Part shown: positions 1 through 14,349 of the stretch, piece after piece | Layout: each line of letters starts with the position of its first letter | How positions within the stretch are numbered: position 1 is the stretch's first letter | Assembly (NCBI RefSeq): GCF_009914755.1 | Contig: NC_060929.1 | Length of the DNA stretch: 64,000 bases | Source of the DNA: the human T2T-CHM13v2.0 reference genome, Homo sapiens | Direction: 5' to 3' (one strand) | The notes under the pieces: model-generated | What the model was told of the DNA's origin: nothing | Seen by the model: only the letters and a program-made list of their open reading frames with translations | The model's database searches: none | Made by a program: the position numbers and the translations under genes

Positions 1-1239
1 AAAAAAAATAGCCTACTAAATTATTCTGAAACTATACAGTAACTTTTACTTAAATATTTTATAATATTTTTCCTTATCTCAGTTATAGTAAAGAGCATTA
101 TGATAGGAAAAAAATATATATCTTGGTGTGGATCTCAATGAGAAATGTTAAAAATTCCTAAGTCATTGAGACAACATACATAATATACAAACAAATATTA
201 CTAGCTGCATGAGTTCAGAAGCACCTATTGTACAGTTATATAAATTATATAAGTATATATATTACGTAATTGATTTTATAAAATATATGTAATTGATTTT
301 ATAAAAAGTATAATCATACTGTATATTACATATTATATACAGGATATATCTGTATTTATATATTAATATTATTACATAGAATATACATTGTCGTTGTCAT
401 TGTTATTGAGAAGAATTTAAAAGCCATAATTCTTCTTGAAATCATTTAGGTTTCTGTGACGAGCTGGTGGTAAAACAAGAGCCCATTTTAACGCCCTCTG
501 TTTAAATTGCTCTTCCTTTGTATAGCGGAAGCTATGAATTTCTTGTAGAATTTCTTAACAGAAAAAATGTCCCACAAGATGTGTATGTGTTTTCTGAGAA
601 GCAGAAGGAGAATTTATCACCTATGTCAGACAGTAGATGTGAGTAGGTCTCTTGCGGGTAGCTGAGTCTGAGCAAGGGCCTCCCCAAGATGATACCAACC
701 AGAACAGAAAACTTGGCTTTGATGTGGCCCATTGCCAAACATTGTTCCTTATCCCTGTGAAGCATTCCCTTTTCTCTTCCCCACTCTGACTTTTAAGTAG
801 CATGCTGTCCAGCCTTGATTTGGATCTACCACTTATTTTGCAGTATTTTTTTAAAATACAGAATCACAGAGTTCTGTGCTTTCAGATGCTCCACAAGCAA
901 ATCTGATGAAAGAGCACACAGGTTTGGAATAAGACCTTCAATCCAAACAACAATAACTATAATAATATTAATAACTCTCTAATGTGGGGATTTTACTACA
1001 TTGCTGGCCAGAGAGAAAAATATTTTGGCATTTTTAAATATATGTATGTATATTTTACAGATATTTTGTGATCTTTTAAATAACACTTATGAATGTTCAC
1101 CTGTCCCTCTGAGAGACCACACCAACCACATACAGAGTGTTATATGAGCATTGGTATTTGTACTAGTGTTAGTGATATTTATTCTGGAAGCAAGGACAGT
1201 CTACCTCATTCACTCAATGACATTTTTGTATTCCATAGA

Positions 1240-1400
1240 AAAATGGTTCTTAAACTTATATTCTTAAGTGTTACCTGTGAACTTTGTTAATATGCAGTGT
1301 CAAGGCCACAGCTTCTAGAAAAACTGATTCAGAAGTGTGCAACTAAGTAATTTGCACCTTTGATTACTCCTGAGAAGTTTCTGATCCAAGTGGACCATGA
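1240..1400. mobile_element. MER5-like hAT-Charlie DNA transposon remnant
   Basis: Degenerate resemblance to MER5 (aatggttcttaaactt...ttacctgtgaactttgttaatatgcag...ctgattcag...tttgcacct); old and diverged. Confidence 0.45.
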
Positions 1401-1443
1401 CTCCCAATGTTACAGCCAGACACAAGTTCTGAAAAAAGCTATC

Positions 1444-1809
1444 TGCTATGGGGTGAATGTTCCCTCCAAAACTTGTTGAAATTTAATTGCCATTGTAACA
1501 GTATTAAGAGATGGCCTTTAAAGGATGATTAGGTCATGTGGATGAGCCTTCACGAATAGATTAATGCCATTACCACAGGAGTGCGTTAGTTATCTTGGAA
1601 GTAGGTTCCTAGTAAAAACATAAGTTCAGCCCCATTTCTCTATGCCTCGAATGGTTGCTTCTTCCTTCTGTCATGGGATAACCCTCACTAGATGCCAGCA
1701 CCATGGTCTTTGACTTTTCAGCCTCCAGAACTGTGAGCCAAGTAGACATCTACTGTTTATAAATTACCCAGTGCTATTTTGTCATAGCAGCAAAAAATGG
1801 ACTAGGACA
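1444..1809 (+). mobile_element. MST-family (MaLR) solo LTR
   Basis: Starts tgctatgg, ends ...ataaattacccagt...atagcagcaaaaaatggactaggaca; perfect 5-bp TSD CTATC at 1439-1443 and 1810-1814. Confidence 0.9.
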
Positions 1810-2019
1810 CTATCTGATGGTAGTGGTTCTCTCCTTTCAAAAAGAGATGGATCTAGGTGAAGAGTTGTATGAAGTCATATTTCTCTGTCATTATCTGGGC
1901 ATCCTGGAGAATCTATAATATATGAAAGAGGATAAATAACCTCAATGCATTCAAAGAATAAAAACTCATAGAGTTTAGTGTCAAAGGGACCTAGGCTTAT
2001 TCTAATTGTTGGAGCTGAA

Positions 2020-2190
2020 ACAAGTTTTTTCACTTTCTGATATTTAGTTTCCTCATTTACAAGATGAAAAAAAATCCTTCAAGTCACAAGAAAACAAAGC
2101 TATCTCACAGATTTGTTATAACAATTCAATAAAATACTTTGGTAAGAGGGATGATAATAGTGCCTAGCATGTAGTAGGCATTTTAAAAGT
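2020..2190 (+). mobile_element. MIR fragment
   Basis: MIR core agtttcctcatttacaagatg and tail atagtgcctagcatgtagtaggc. Confidence 0.65.
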
Positions 2191-3389
2191 TTCTTTAAAT
2201 ATCTCTCCACTTCTCCTGTCACCTCAACTTTTTCCATTTTAAACCTACACTATTGGTTTAATTCTGATAAAAATTGCTTTCCACTTAATTCTCTTCTGAA
2301 GCAGTTCTGAGAAGATTAAAGTTGACACTTTTCCTAGCTGCATGCAATTTTGACTGTCCAGTCAATTAACAGCCAGACTCAATAGTGTATAAATGCTGTT
2401 TGCAGTTACATGTTGAGATCTCTAACCCCAGAGGGTGAATGTAACTCTTCTTTTGAAATGCAACATGCGTTCTTTATGTGACGAGGTTCTGATGCTCTGG
2501 TTTTTTCCAATGAGCAGAACTGTGATTGCCCTTCATGGATGAAATGTTTTATAGAGTGATATTCTGCTTCCAGGGTATGGTCAGAAAACAAACTATTTAA
2601 ACTTCCTTTGGAGTCAGGCCCCACGAGAGTTAAGAAAAGCTGACAATCATGGGTATACAGGATAGTGAGTGGCTCAGGGGAATAATTGGTAAGGGGAAAC
2701 CAAGCCTCTTAGCTCCAGGTCACCAAGTCTCATATCTACCAGGCAAGCAGTGATCAAAGGTGTGAGGTATTTATGTGTTCTTTTTCTGGTTTCTGCTGGA
2801 TAGAGGGTTTATGTCAGAAAAACATCTATACAAATGGCAGCCTCAGCACAGAAGCCACAATGTAATTGACCTGGAAGAACAGCCATCATTTCATCATTAT
2901 AGGCTGCCAGCCACAATGAGGGTGAGGCAAATTTCATACAAGTCCCCCACCTGACAAGGACACCTGTTACTGAATGACCAGAGTGGCACTCAGTAAAAGG
3001 TCTCAAGTGTGCATAATCCAGCAAGTAGACAGTGAAGTTTGTCCACTTAACAAAGACATTGTTACCAAATGTTTGTACATTCTGCCTTACACGTTTGATC
3101 TTTAACACCCATAGTGAAATTGACCAAACATATTTCTGCAGTTGTTAATTATTTCAAGATTCTTAGGTAAAATTTATTCTACCCTCCATGCTCTCCAGTA
3201 TCAGGCATTATTTAATTCTCCCCACCTAATTTTTTAAGGAATAGTGGTTGCCTGTTTCTCTTGTTATATATTCTCATAAAACAGGAGAATTTGTATAATT
3301 TTGGTATTCCTGTGATATTGATCTTAGATAATACACTTGATTACAATATGTCAAATAGAGCTTTCTCCAGTAGGAAAAATATTAATGCT

Positions 3390-3600
3390 AAGAGGTGGTC
3401 ATTATGTCATAGAAAGGACATTAAAGACAGACAGGACTGGATTTGAATTTCTACTCAGTATTTACCATCTAATACATGTAGAAACGTATGCAAATTACCC
3501 TAACTTTTCTAAGTCTTAGTTTTCTTTGTCAAATGGTCATGAAAATATTCATCTTAAAGGGTCATTGTAAGAATCCAATAAAATAGTATTTAGAAAATGT
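3390..3600 (+). mobile_element. MIR fragment
   Basis: agacagacaggactggatttgaatt...caaattaccctaacttttctaagtcttagttttc...aagggtcattgtaagaat. Confidence 0.65.
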
Positions 3601-3609
3601 TTTTGAAAA

Positions 3610-3790
3610 GATACGTCTCAGCTACTCTTGTCACATACACACACGCACACACACACAAATAACTATGTCAGATAATGAATGCATTAACTTGCTTCAGTAT
3701 AGTAACCATTTTACAGTCTATATGTTACTATAGATATCCCATAACATCATGTTGAAAACCTCAAATATACACAATGAAATTTATTTCTTA
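3610..3790 (+). mobile_element. L1M 3' end fragment
   Basis: aactatgtcagataatgaatgcattaacttgctt...aacatcatgttgaaaacctcaaatatacacaat, typical old L1 3' UTR terminus. Confidence 0.65.
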
Positions 3791-4635
3791 AAAGGTATGG
3801 TTCATTAAAAACACTCAGTAAATATTCATTTCTTTTCTTCCAATATAGAAATAAGAAAATGTGTTTCTGCAGCTTGCTCATGTATTCATCTATTTAAATG
3901 TGGAAGGTGTTTTATCAGTGAGTCTTAGACTTCCCTCTTCAGGAGGAATGCAGACCTGTCCAGAAAAGATTTTATCAGTTGAAGGAGAACATTTTCTCAT
4001 TCGAGGTCACAAAAAAGAAAAGTTGAATAAAGCCCAGTTAGGCACTAAGAAGTAGTTTGTTGAGTTAGCCAAGATCATTTTCTTAGGAATGAAAAGCTTA
4101 TGACAAGCCCTTAAATTATACATTATTTGCATGTGCTAAATTGGTCATTTTGTCAGCAATCAAGTACATCAGAGGAAACAATTCAAGTAATTGTTGGTTA
4201 ATTTTCTATGCACGGTGAGGAACAACTACCTTACAATAGCGGGCATCCTGTTATTACCATGTTGGTGTCATGGTACCATACATAATGGTAGCCTATTGCA
4301 TGGCTTCAATGGGCCATTTAAGCTATTTGTGACTAACATATCTGATTCAATAAATAATATTCAGAATCTTTCCATCTATGCTATCTGAATACTTGCTATT
4401 AAAAAGAAAGATATAATTCTGATTTTGCTTATTTCCTTGTTTCTATTATTGTAGCAGACTAAATGTTAATATATTTTATATCCTAAGCAGCAATTCAATC
4501 ATGCAGAAGTAGTGTAATTGAGTTGTTTTATGTTGCATTATTTACTTCATTAATAATATTGCCTAATAATTTTCCATTTTAAAATTGCACACATGTACTA
4601 ATAGTCACATAAGTAATAGAAAAACATAACTTGAT

Positions 4636-4765
4636 CTGGGCCCAGTGGCTCATGCCTATAATCCCCACACTTTGGGAAGTTCAGGTGGGAAGATTAGCCC
4701 AGGAGTTCAAGATCAGCCTGGCCAACATAGTGAGACCCCATCTCAAGAAAAAGAAAAGAAAAAAA
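4636..4765 (+). mobile_element. Free left Alu monomer (FLAM-like)
   Basis: Left monomer only (cagtggctcatgcctataatcc...gagaccccatctc) plus A-rich tail; degenerate TSD aaaacataacttgat / aaagcacagcttgat. Confidence 0.85.
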
Positions 4766-7700
4766 GCACAGCTTGATTTTCTAACACCAGCTTGATTTTA
4801 TAGCACAGACAATACGATTTGATTGCTGCTCACCTGACAAGTAAACCCAATAAATTTGACAAGAAAGTCACTAAGAATAAATACATGCCCCCATATTTAT
4901 TCTGTTCTTCTGTTCTGACTATAAATACATTTTAAGGAATATAGAACATTTCCCTTGACAACATCCTTGACATTTTAGCTACCAGTTTATAAATCACATA
5001 GGAATTTGATAGAGCTATAATATTAAAGTGCCTGTGTAGCATACAGAAATGGAACATTCAAACCAACCTTGAAACTACAGAAAGTTACAATTATATGAAA
5101 TGGCATTATCATAATTTAGTGGATTTTTTTCCAACATGGGAAACTTCCAGAATCAATCAGTCAGGAACCAGTACTTGTTATCACTCAATGACTTAGATAT
5201 ATATTCTTCCCTTCCTTTCTGTTACATGGTGTGGGCATTTCAATTAATTGAGCACAGTTTTTTTTTTTTCCATAAGTAAGATGTATTGGCTAACACATTC
5301 GTTCACTAACCTGTGTTAAGCATCTATATGTAAAACTCTATACTAATCTCTTAAGCATTCTCAAATATAAATTAGACACAGTTCCTTGACTTGAAAAAAT
5401 TTAGTGCCCAATATTGGCAAACACATACACTATTAATGAACTTTTAGATTCACTACATTTGACAAAAACACCATGCATTGGCCAGCCACCGGGCAGCCAC
5501 ACAAAAATACTTTTTAAAAAATATAATTCCAGAATGGGTAGAGCTACCATGATAAGAAAGAGTGCGTCCTGGTCCAAAGACCAGGTGATAAATTGATTGA
5601 TCTAAATTCGCTGTGCAATCTCATTTTTGGTTGTCATTGATTAATCTAAAATTAAGCATGTGTTACTGTTCTGACTGATAAAAGAGAAAAATCTGCTGAA
5701 GAAACTTGTTCCTGTTAATTCAGAAAGTATGAAGAGTCTTAGACTTTGTCTACTTTCAAGTTAAGTTATCCTTCCACATTTTTGTGTATATTTTTTGACA
5801 GAAAAACACAAGACTACTGGGTCAGGGAAACATACCATTTAATGCTCATGTGAAAATGCAGCTGCAGCCTGAGAAGTACCTTGCACCAGTGCCCCATATT
5901 CCATTTCTCACAGGCCAATGTAATGAGGATCAGATATTTACATGCATATGAAATTGGCTGTACCACAGAAGAGGAACCCCAAAATTCTGAAACCCGGAGC
6001 TTATATAGGACAATTGGCAATCTGCCCATCCTCCAATCAGGAGAGAGAAAAAGAGACCTTATCTTTATTCTGGAATGTAAATACTTCTTCTCTGGAGAGG
6101 GGAGGGTGACACCTTTAGGTTAATAGCTCAGAATATAAGCAAATGTGTCCAGATGATGGAGAGAAGGAGGATGACATCTGAGAGGTTCTAGCTTTCAAGA
6201 CCTTTGTTCTTCAAACACGCCTTTGCTCAGAAGATCCAATAATGCAAACCCAAAATAGTCATGGAGAATTTTTCTCCCAACAGCTTCCAATTCTGCCTAA
6301 AAAGATAAAGCCTTCCAAAATGAAGATATTTTAACATTTTTTCCTTTCTGTCTGCAAATTATACATAATGCTTTTAGATACAAATACCAATTGGGGACCA
6401 TGAAGCAACAAGCATGTTGGCAAAAGTCAGCACGCTAAGGATAGAAGAGAAAGATAGAAGAGTTTTGGCACCTACTTGTGATGCTAAACATCTGAACTAA
6501 TGATTAATTTCAGAAACTGCCTGCCTTTGGATTCAATGTTCTGTGAGTAAAACAAATGCTTACTTTGTTAAGATATGTTAATTTGGGTTTCCTGTTACTT
6601 GCAAATGAAAGCACTTCTAAATTATGTGCACTATATGAAGAGATGAACAGATTAACAAGCCCCTCATCTACCCTGAGCCAACCTGTGGTAAAGTATACAA
6701 TAATAGTAACATAAGATATTTTCAAATACTTATAACATGATTAATATAAATCCTAGCATTTAATTCTCACATCCCTCTAACATATATAATTTCCCTGGTT
6801 CTACAATTGAGGCAATGGAAGCCTAGTAAAATTAGGTAACAGGACTCGGAGAAAGATAAAACAGGTAAACATGTAAAGTCCATGGTTTTTCACTTTCTAC
6901 TATGGACAGGAGCCTCCTGATTCCTTCCTCATAATTTACACATATATAAGTTCATCCTCCTCATGCAATAACCCATGCTCCACGCTTTGTCATAACATCC
7001 TCTCTTTAAAATACTCCTTTCTTTATGGTATTGCCTCTAGACTCGCTTCTTCTCTTTTGAATAGCATTTCAACTACTCTGATGTATAGGCCCTTTTGAAT
7101 GTTTACCCCCTCCAGATAATATATCCAGTAAACACAGTCAACTGGAAGCAAATTACATGACCTAGATGGATGATACAAGTAGCTGGAATGTCGGCCTGGT
7201 GGTAGATAGATGTGTGAGTAAATTCACAGGGCTCAAGCAGTCATCCTCTGCCTTTGCACAGAGAAATCTGTTGGTTCTTGTGCACTCAGTGGAGCATTAA
7301 ATAACCAAAAGGGTTAACCTGCCTCTGAATCATTTAATTTCCCACAGGCACAATCCTGTTACAACAAGCACCTAATCTCTATAGTGTACAAAAGCTTTCC
7401 AAATCCCACTAGGCCAATGGCTCACAAATTTCAAATTATTTTCAACATAACAAAATGTCACTGAAACAAGATAATTAATTCTATCAAGGTACACATTGAT
7501 TAAGCAGATACAGAAGGAGTTAAGGAGATGCTGGAAAAGTTCTGTTTTGCTGAAATGTGTGATGATTGAGGTCATGCAAATAAATAATGGACTTAGAGAC
7601 TTTAGAGAGGTTTACTGATGGCTGTCTTGGTTATGCAGCATACTGCCACAAATAAATTCTGTCTGGTATGTTCTACTTGAACAGTGTTTGTGTAAGGATC

Positions 7701-7806
7701 TTTCCTGCATGTTTGTTTTGTTTTGTTCTTAATTTCCATTGTGAACCAATAGTTTCATAAAATACAAAATATAATAAAAATGAATTACTATTAAAATAAA
7801 AAAACA

Positions 7807-8209
<403 letters not shown>

Positions 8210-11200
8210 TCAAATATTTCAACAAAAGAAAACAACTTAAAAACCATAACCTTGTTTACTTAAGATGTGCACATGGGCAATTAATAGAACTGTTGTTACA
8301 CACAAATTTCTGTTACAAAAAAATTGCTGTTACACATACCTGGAAGTTATAAGTGATGTACTAATTACCTGTATCAAATGCCTGGACATACCCTTTGAAG
8401 GAATACCAGGCATATCAATGTTTACAGTTTTCAACATAATAAAAAAGCTTGCTTCTTTATCTATATATTCTAAATTAAATTGATCACAAGGCTATTTCTG
8501 GGATAATGTATATCAACTCTTTTAACGGCTTTCTTTTAAAAACAAATAAAAACATTATTCATAGAGAATTTGGTTACATAGAGGCATATTGATGAGAAAA
8601 GATTTTAAAGCAATTTCTTGGTATAAATTTCAATAAATTAGTCTATAAGATTTGTTTTCAATTTAAATAATCTTTTGATGAAAACAAACCAATTCTGGGT
8701 TTCATATGTCAAATTCACTTGAAGATACCACACACAGTAACGAGCTCCTACTGCGTGTGACAACTACAGTTTATGCCATAAGTACCATATAAGAAAAGTT
8801 CGACCCACCTGAACCCATCTAGATCTATCTGTTCAAGGAAAAAAATACATTGAACATATGTTTGGATATATTAGTAATATCAAATTCCCTTAAGTTTCTG
8901 AAGTCTTACTCTTAAAGCATCTATTTATCTTATCAGTGGACAGCTGCCACTCCCCGAGAAGCACTGAACTAGAGAGTGCAATGGTCTGGCTAGAATGCAT
9001 ATTTCACAGAGACACAGAAGACTCTGGCTGTCACTTAAAGCACCAACAATCTATATTTTTGCACATTCTCCCCTTTTTTCATCAGGAGCTTCTCTCCTTT
9101 ATTCTCATTTCAATTTGGCCTCATTTCCACTCTACTCCACTAAAACTATTCATTTGCTCTAGTATCTTAAAATGTAAACATTTAGTGTGAGTGAATCTAT
9201 TTCTATAGGAAATTTGAACTAAAGAAATGGCTCTTATGGACCACTAGGGGCAGTAGACAGAATAGGCAAGATTTGAACGAGCTATTCTCTCCAATTGGGT
9301 GAAGCCATCTTGACTTTGACAGGGGCTGCCAGGAAAAGGCACCTTTACGTCACCCTGGAGAGGATTTAATTTTCTCAATGGAAATAAGAAAACTACTTTT
9401 TTCATTGTTGTTTCTTTTTCTTAATCTGTTATTCTATCTTAAATTAATTCCCCCCTTCTAAATGCTCTAGGTGGAATTTGGGACTAACTTTGGCAGAATT
9501 TGAGACATTTACATCCTTTGACCTTTAAGATTAGCTGGGTAATTGAATTGGTGGAGGACTGCACAAAACTGGCTGTGCAAAATAAATAGGTACTTCTTTT
9601 ATTTATAAGTGATGGAATAGCACTGCTCATAATACTTGCTGCATGGTATATACAACACTCTTAAGCATGTCTTTATTAACTACTAACAGTAGCTCTGAAC
9701 TACTTGAGTAGCTTAACTCAAGGCAGGCAGTTGTACACCTTGGTTTAGGGTAGGTATGATTTTCAGTTCATTGTTCCTATTTACCTCTTTGAAGTGCACA
9801 TTCAACAACTGCAGAGCTAAGGTGCGACGTGGAGAGTCTTGGCAGATGGAAAGAGCTGGGTTGTCATGCATGGCAGTCAGAAAACAAAGCCAAGTACCCT
9901 GGCAAAGTATGGTGTCTCCATGACCTCACTCTTACCAAAACAGACTGTATCCCTTTGGAATCTCTTCTCTGACCATTGTTTGTTTTCTTTGGAGGGGTTT
10001 GGGCTGTTCTGGAGATAATATGATTAATCCTAATTAGCATTGGCTTCAGAAATTAAGCTCATTGGAAGGGAAGACAAGCCTGGTTTACACTCTCCTATAA
10101 TTATTCCTTCAGGATTCCTTATATTCTGCAACAGCTCTACAAGTCCACCTTTTGCTCCCTATTTATGTGTTATAAAAATTATCATAGTATTTAAAAGACA
10201 TTCCCATTATCTGACAAAATGTACATTGCTAAAGCCAGCAGATTCTATGGCTCATGATAAGCCAAAGTGTTTTATTTCATTTGTTTCCAGGTTAAAATGC
10301 ACTGTGAGAGAGATACTTGCCATTATTTTCATGAACAAATTCCCGGAATAAATTACTGCGTATCTATGAAGTGCAGATAGGTTTCCTGGCTTCAAAAGGT
10401 TCTTAGAATGCTTCTCTGGTAGCAAATAAATTTAACTTATTTTACATATTATTTCACACAGAGCATTGAATGAAAATATTAGTTACAAAAGTATTATAAT
10501 TAATGTTCCTATATTTGTTGGGCAGATAATTTTAGTCTTCACAGGAGCAGTTAATAATTCTATCAAGTAAGAACTAATTCCTGCACTTTGTTTAAACTAT
10601 TTAGTTTTAATCATAACAAGTTTCTTCCATGAAAGGCTATCAGTGTAAAATACTTGAGAGGACAAGTGTATAGTTACTCAATTATAGAAGTATGCGATGT
10701 TCTTAAATTAAGCGTTGAAAACACAGGATCCTCTTTCTTATGCTTTAACAAACCTACTAATTTAATGTCCATATTAAATGCTCTATTTACCCAGAATTTC
10801 CCATCTCTAAATTACTGAGCAATATTGAACATCAAGACATCTCTCTAATACTTAGAAATAAGTGATAACATGAAATATTGGTTCTCTTTAGAGTAGGACA
10901 GAGAAAGCAAAAGGGAATATACATTGATCTTCAATATTAGATATCTCCCAGGCTACAAATTTATACTTCAGCACTTCAAATAAAATGTTTTTACCCCTCT
11001 CCTTCTTTATCTTTCATCACTCTACCATTATTCTGCATTAGTCCAAGGGTTTTTTAAAATCAATTTTAATAGGATAAAAAAGAGGAATGGTATAACATAA
11101 ACTTTTTATCCACAAAGTCAATAAGGTACTGTGGCCAAAGGAAGGAAGATAATTTCAGGTGTAGCAACATTAACAAAATGTGATGAAGTGAAATAGTATT

Positions 11201-11769
11201 TGGTAAAGGCAAACTCTTTAGGAGAGGATGCTAACACGTTCACATAACACATATCAATTCTCCATGCTGTGAAATGAGTAGAATTCAGAAATAAATCAAA
11301 AATTTCCATTCACCAAATTGCTTATTTATAAATTTAAAAAATTCATCAAAGGGTTCATTAGTGAACCAATTAATAACTGAGTGATCTATTGATGAACTAG
11401 AAATAAAAAACACAGATCAAAATAAATGTGCGTTTATTTTGCAAGCACCTTAGGGAGAAAGAAAAGCTACTCAGGTTGGATGATAACTTTGTGAATATTA
11501 ATCCAAGCAACATCATTATACAGACAGGGATACTCAGGATAATGATGGCTAAATTCCTAAGTATTAGCAAAGGCAGACCTAGATCACCAACCTATGACTC
11601 TTCTTCTGGTCTTTTTTCCTCTGCATTTTGTCTTCTCTTTAAATCTCTGTTCTCCATCAAAATTAAAATGACTAATTCATGGACTTCCCTCAATCATTAT
11701 TGCTGCCTCTCAACCACGGTTTAACAAGAAAGAGGAGAAAAAATGGATAGTCATTAAACATTACAAGCA

Positions 11770-11975
11770 GATATTATAGTAGGCACCTTTTTACATACTT
11801 TATATCATAAAATTATTACACTGCCCTGTACATTATATATACCCACATTTTATTACTAGAGAAAATAAGATGCAATAAAATTACAATGCATTGCCCAAGG
11901 CCATAAGAGTGGTAAATATTGCATCTGATACTCAATTTGTGGTCTGATTGACTTCAAAATGAATCAGCATTCTAC
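11770..11975 (-). mobile_element. MIR fragment
   Basis: cccacattttattactagagaaaataagatgc...ttgcccaaggccata, reverse-strand MIR core. Confidence 0.55.
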
Positions 11976-13117
11976 TAAAAAAAAAAAAAAAAAGAGCGGG
12001 CACTAACACATAGATCAGGCTTTGACAATTGATCTGGAATCTAAAAAACTACTTCATGGTACTTCCAAAGAAAAATGTTACTAGTTATAAAGTAGAGATA
12101 GAGTATACTACAACCGGACTTCATCCCTAGTCCCCAGTCCACGGGACAAAAATGTCTAGGTGGGTGTGTCATTGGGTGGGGGAAAGATAGAAATTATTCA
12201 GCAAAAATCCCTAACCGAAATACATTCAAGACAATGCAAATGGTTACGTTTCTATTCTGTGTATTTGTCTAAACTGAGTCTCTAATGACTACATATCAAT
12301 AGAGGACTTCTGGGATTTTTGTCACTTGCCTGCCACATTACCCAGGTCAGATTAAGCCATTATAGTAAAAGTGATTTTCATCAAGTGTTTAAAACAATAA
12401 AAAACATAATGGTGCTCAGGTCAATTAGAAAATTATCCATAGATATTTCCATTTTATGGTCTCTAACTATGCCTAGGGCAGACTACATAAAGGAACTATG
12501 CTGAGATCACCAACTATAGTCAACAAATATTTTTATTTTCTTTTTGACAGTCACTCGAGTCTTGGAAGGAATTGTGTGATTTTTAAGAAGCAAGTAGGTA
12601 AAAGTCTAAAAATCACATCTACAGGGCATAGGAATATCCTTTGAGTGGATTGAATAGCTGACATTATGCATAATTTACATGGTTTTATATTCTTAGTATA
12701 TGGCACAGAATAATAAATTGACTATAAATAACTGGAGATAATAATATCTTAGCTTTTCCATGAGGTTGAAAGTGTCAAGATTGTTAGTGTTCTCTTTTAT
12801 AATAATATATTTTATCTAGCAATATGAAAACTGAGAAGGATACAATTAAGCATTAAAAACTGTACTAAAAAAGGCAGGTGGAAAAATTTAACTTGAAAGC
12901 AACTTTAGTGTTTTAAGAAAGTAGAACAAGCAAAAGGAAATGCTATTGATAAAATTATTGATTTATTACATTTATTATTTTTTGTGGTAGTATGGGCTGA
13001 AAATATAAACATGTTCTAGAAATGTTGAAATAAATGTATGACTTATAGATAAATATAATTTTAAACAGAAAAAGAAAGATGTTTCAGGGCTATTCTCTTC
13101 AATTTTTGAGGCAAATT

Positions 13118-13237
13118 GGCTAGGTGCCGTGGCTCACGCCTGTAATCCCAGCACTTTGGGAGGCCGAGGCAGGTGGATCACCTGAGGTCAGGAGTTCGAG
13201 ACCAGCCTGGCCAACATGGGGAAACCCCGTCTCTACT

Positions 13238-13270
<33 letters not shown>

Positions 13271-13422
13271 ATAAGCTGAGCGCGGTGATGCATGCCTGTA
13301 ATCCCAGCTACTCGAGAGGTTGCTCGAACCTGGGAGGCAGAGGTTGCAGTGAGCCAAGATCGTGCCACTGCACTCTAGCCTGGGAGACACAGCAAGACTC
13401 CATCTCAAAAAAAAAAAAAAAA
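13118..13422 (+). mobile_element. Alu (AluSx-like) with expanded central A-tract and ~14 bp deletion in right arm
   Basis: Canonical Alu; middle linker expanded to ~26 A; lacks ctgaggcaggagaa; TSD-like ttgaggcaaat / ttgatgcaaat. Confidence 0.97.
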
Positions 13423-14349
13423 ATTGATGCAAATAAAGAAATATTTGGCCAAATTGTGATCTTGATATTTCTTCCAAAGGGGATAGAATAGAAAATGAAT
13501 CTGACCTTGGATAGCATTTTAAATACATCTATTAAAATACGCTGTTTATTAAAATGATAAAAGACATGTTTAAAGCAAATTCTAAAGTATAATAATGTAA
13601 TTAGCTGGTGTAATACTTAAAATATTGTCTAAAATTTGTTATTGCAGTTTTTTCCTTAAAGATTTGTTTCAATGTCTTCTGAAGTCACAGAACTTAATCT
13701 CTACAGATGATCTCTTAGCTTGCTAATATTTATTTTAGTTATTTACTTTTCTATTTATACCAACTTCAAATTCACAAAGTTGGTAGAGATATGCAATTTG
13801 TGTCACAAGTGATTCATGAATATTAAAAACAATTGTTGCAAAAGAATGCCATTAAAATAGCCAAGAGGATAGCCCATTTGATAGAACATTATCTATGATA
13901 GAACATCCTCTAATTTTTTATATTACCACTACAATTGTTAGGACAACATTAATTCTCATAAGCATATTGTAGCATTATTAAATTGAAGTCAAATGTATTG
14001 GCTTTGCAATTTTAAATAGTATCTAAAATTAAGCTGGAAAAATATTATAAGAACAATTTTATGCAAACAGGCAAAATCTATTATGTGGCCTTCCATGCAA
14101 TGGTAATTACACCCAAAGCAAGGGCTAACTCAGTGTGAGGAGCCTGAGTCTGTGTATATTGTTGTGAATCTCATCTTTTTTTTCCCCCAAAAGCCATATG
14201 TACATCCACATGGCCTGTAAATAATCATATACTAGGTTCTATGGTTTAGTCAGTTATTTTTTTTTAATTGAGGAAGAGAAAAAGATAGAACAGCAGTAGA
14301 AAAGAGATAAAAGATTGTGCTTCAAAATTATTGACAAATCAAAATAATC

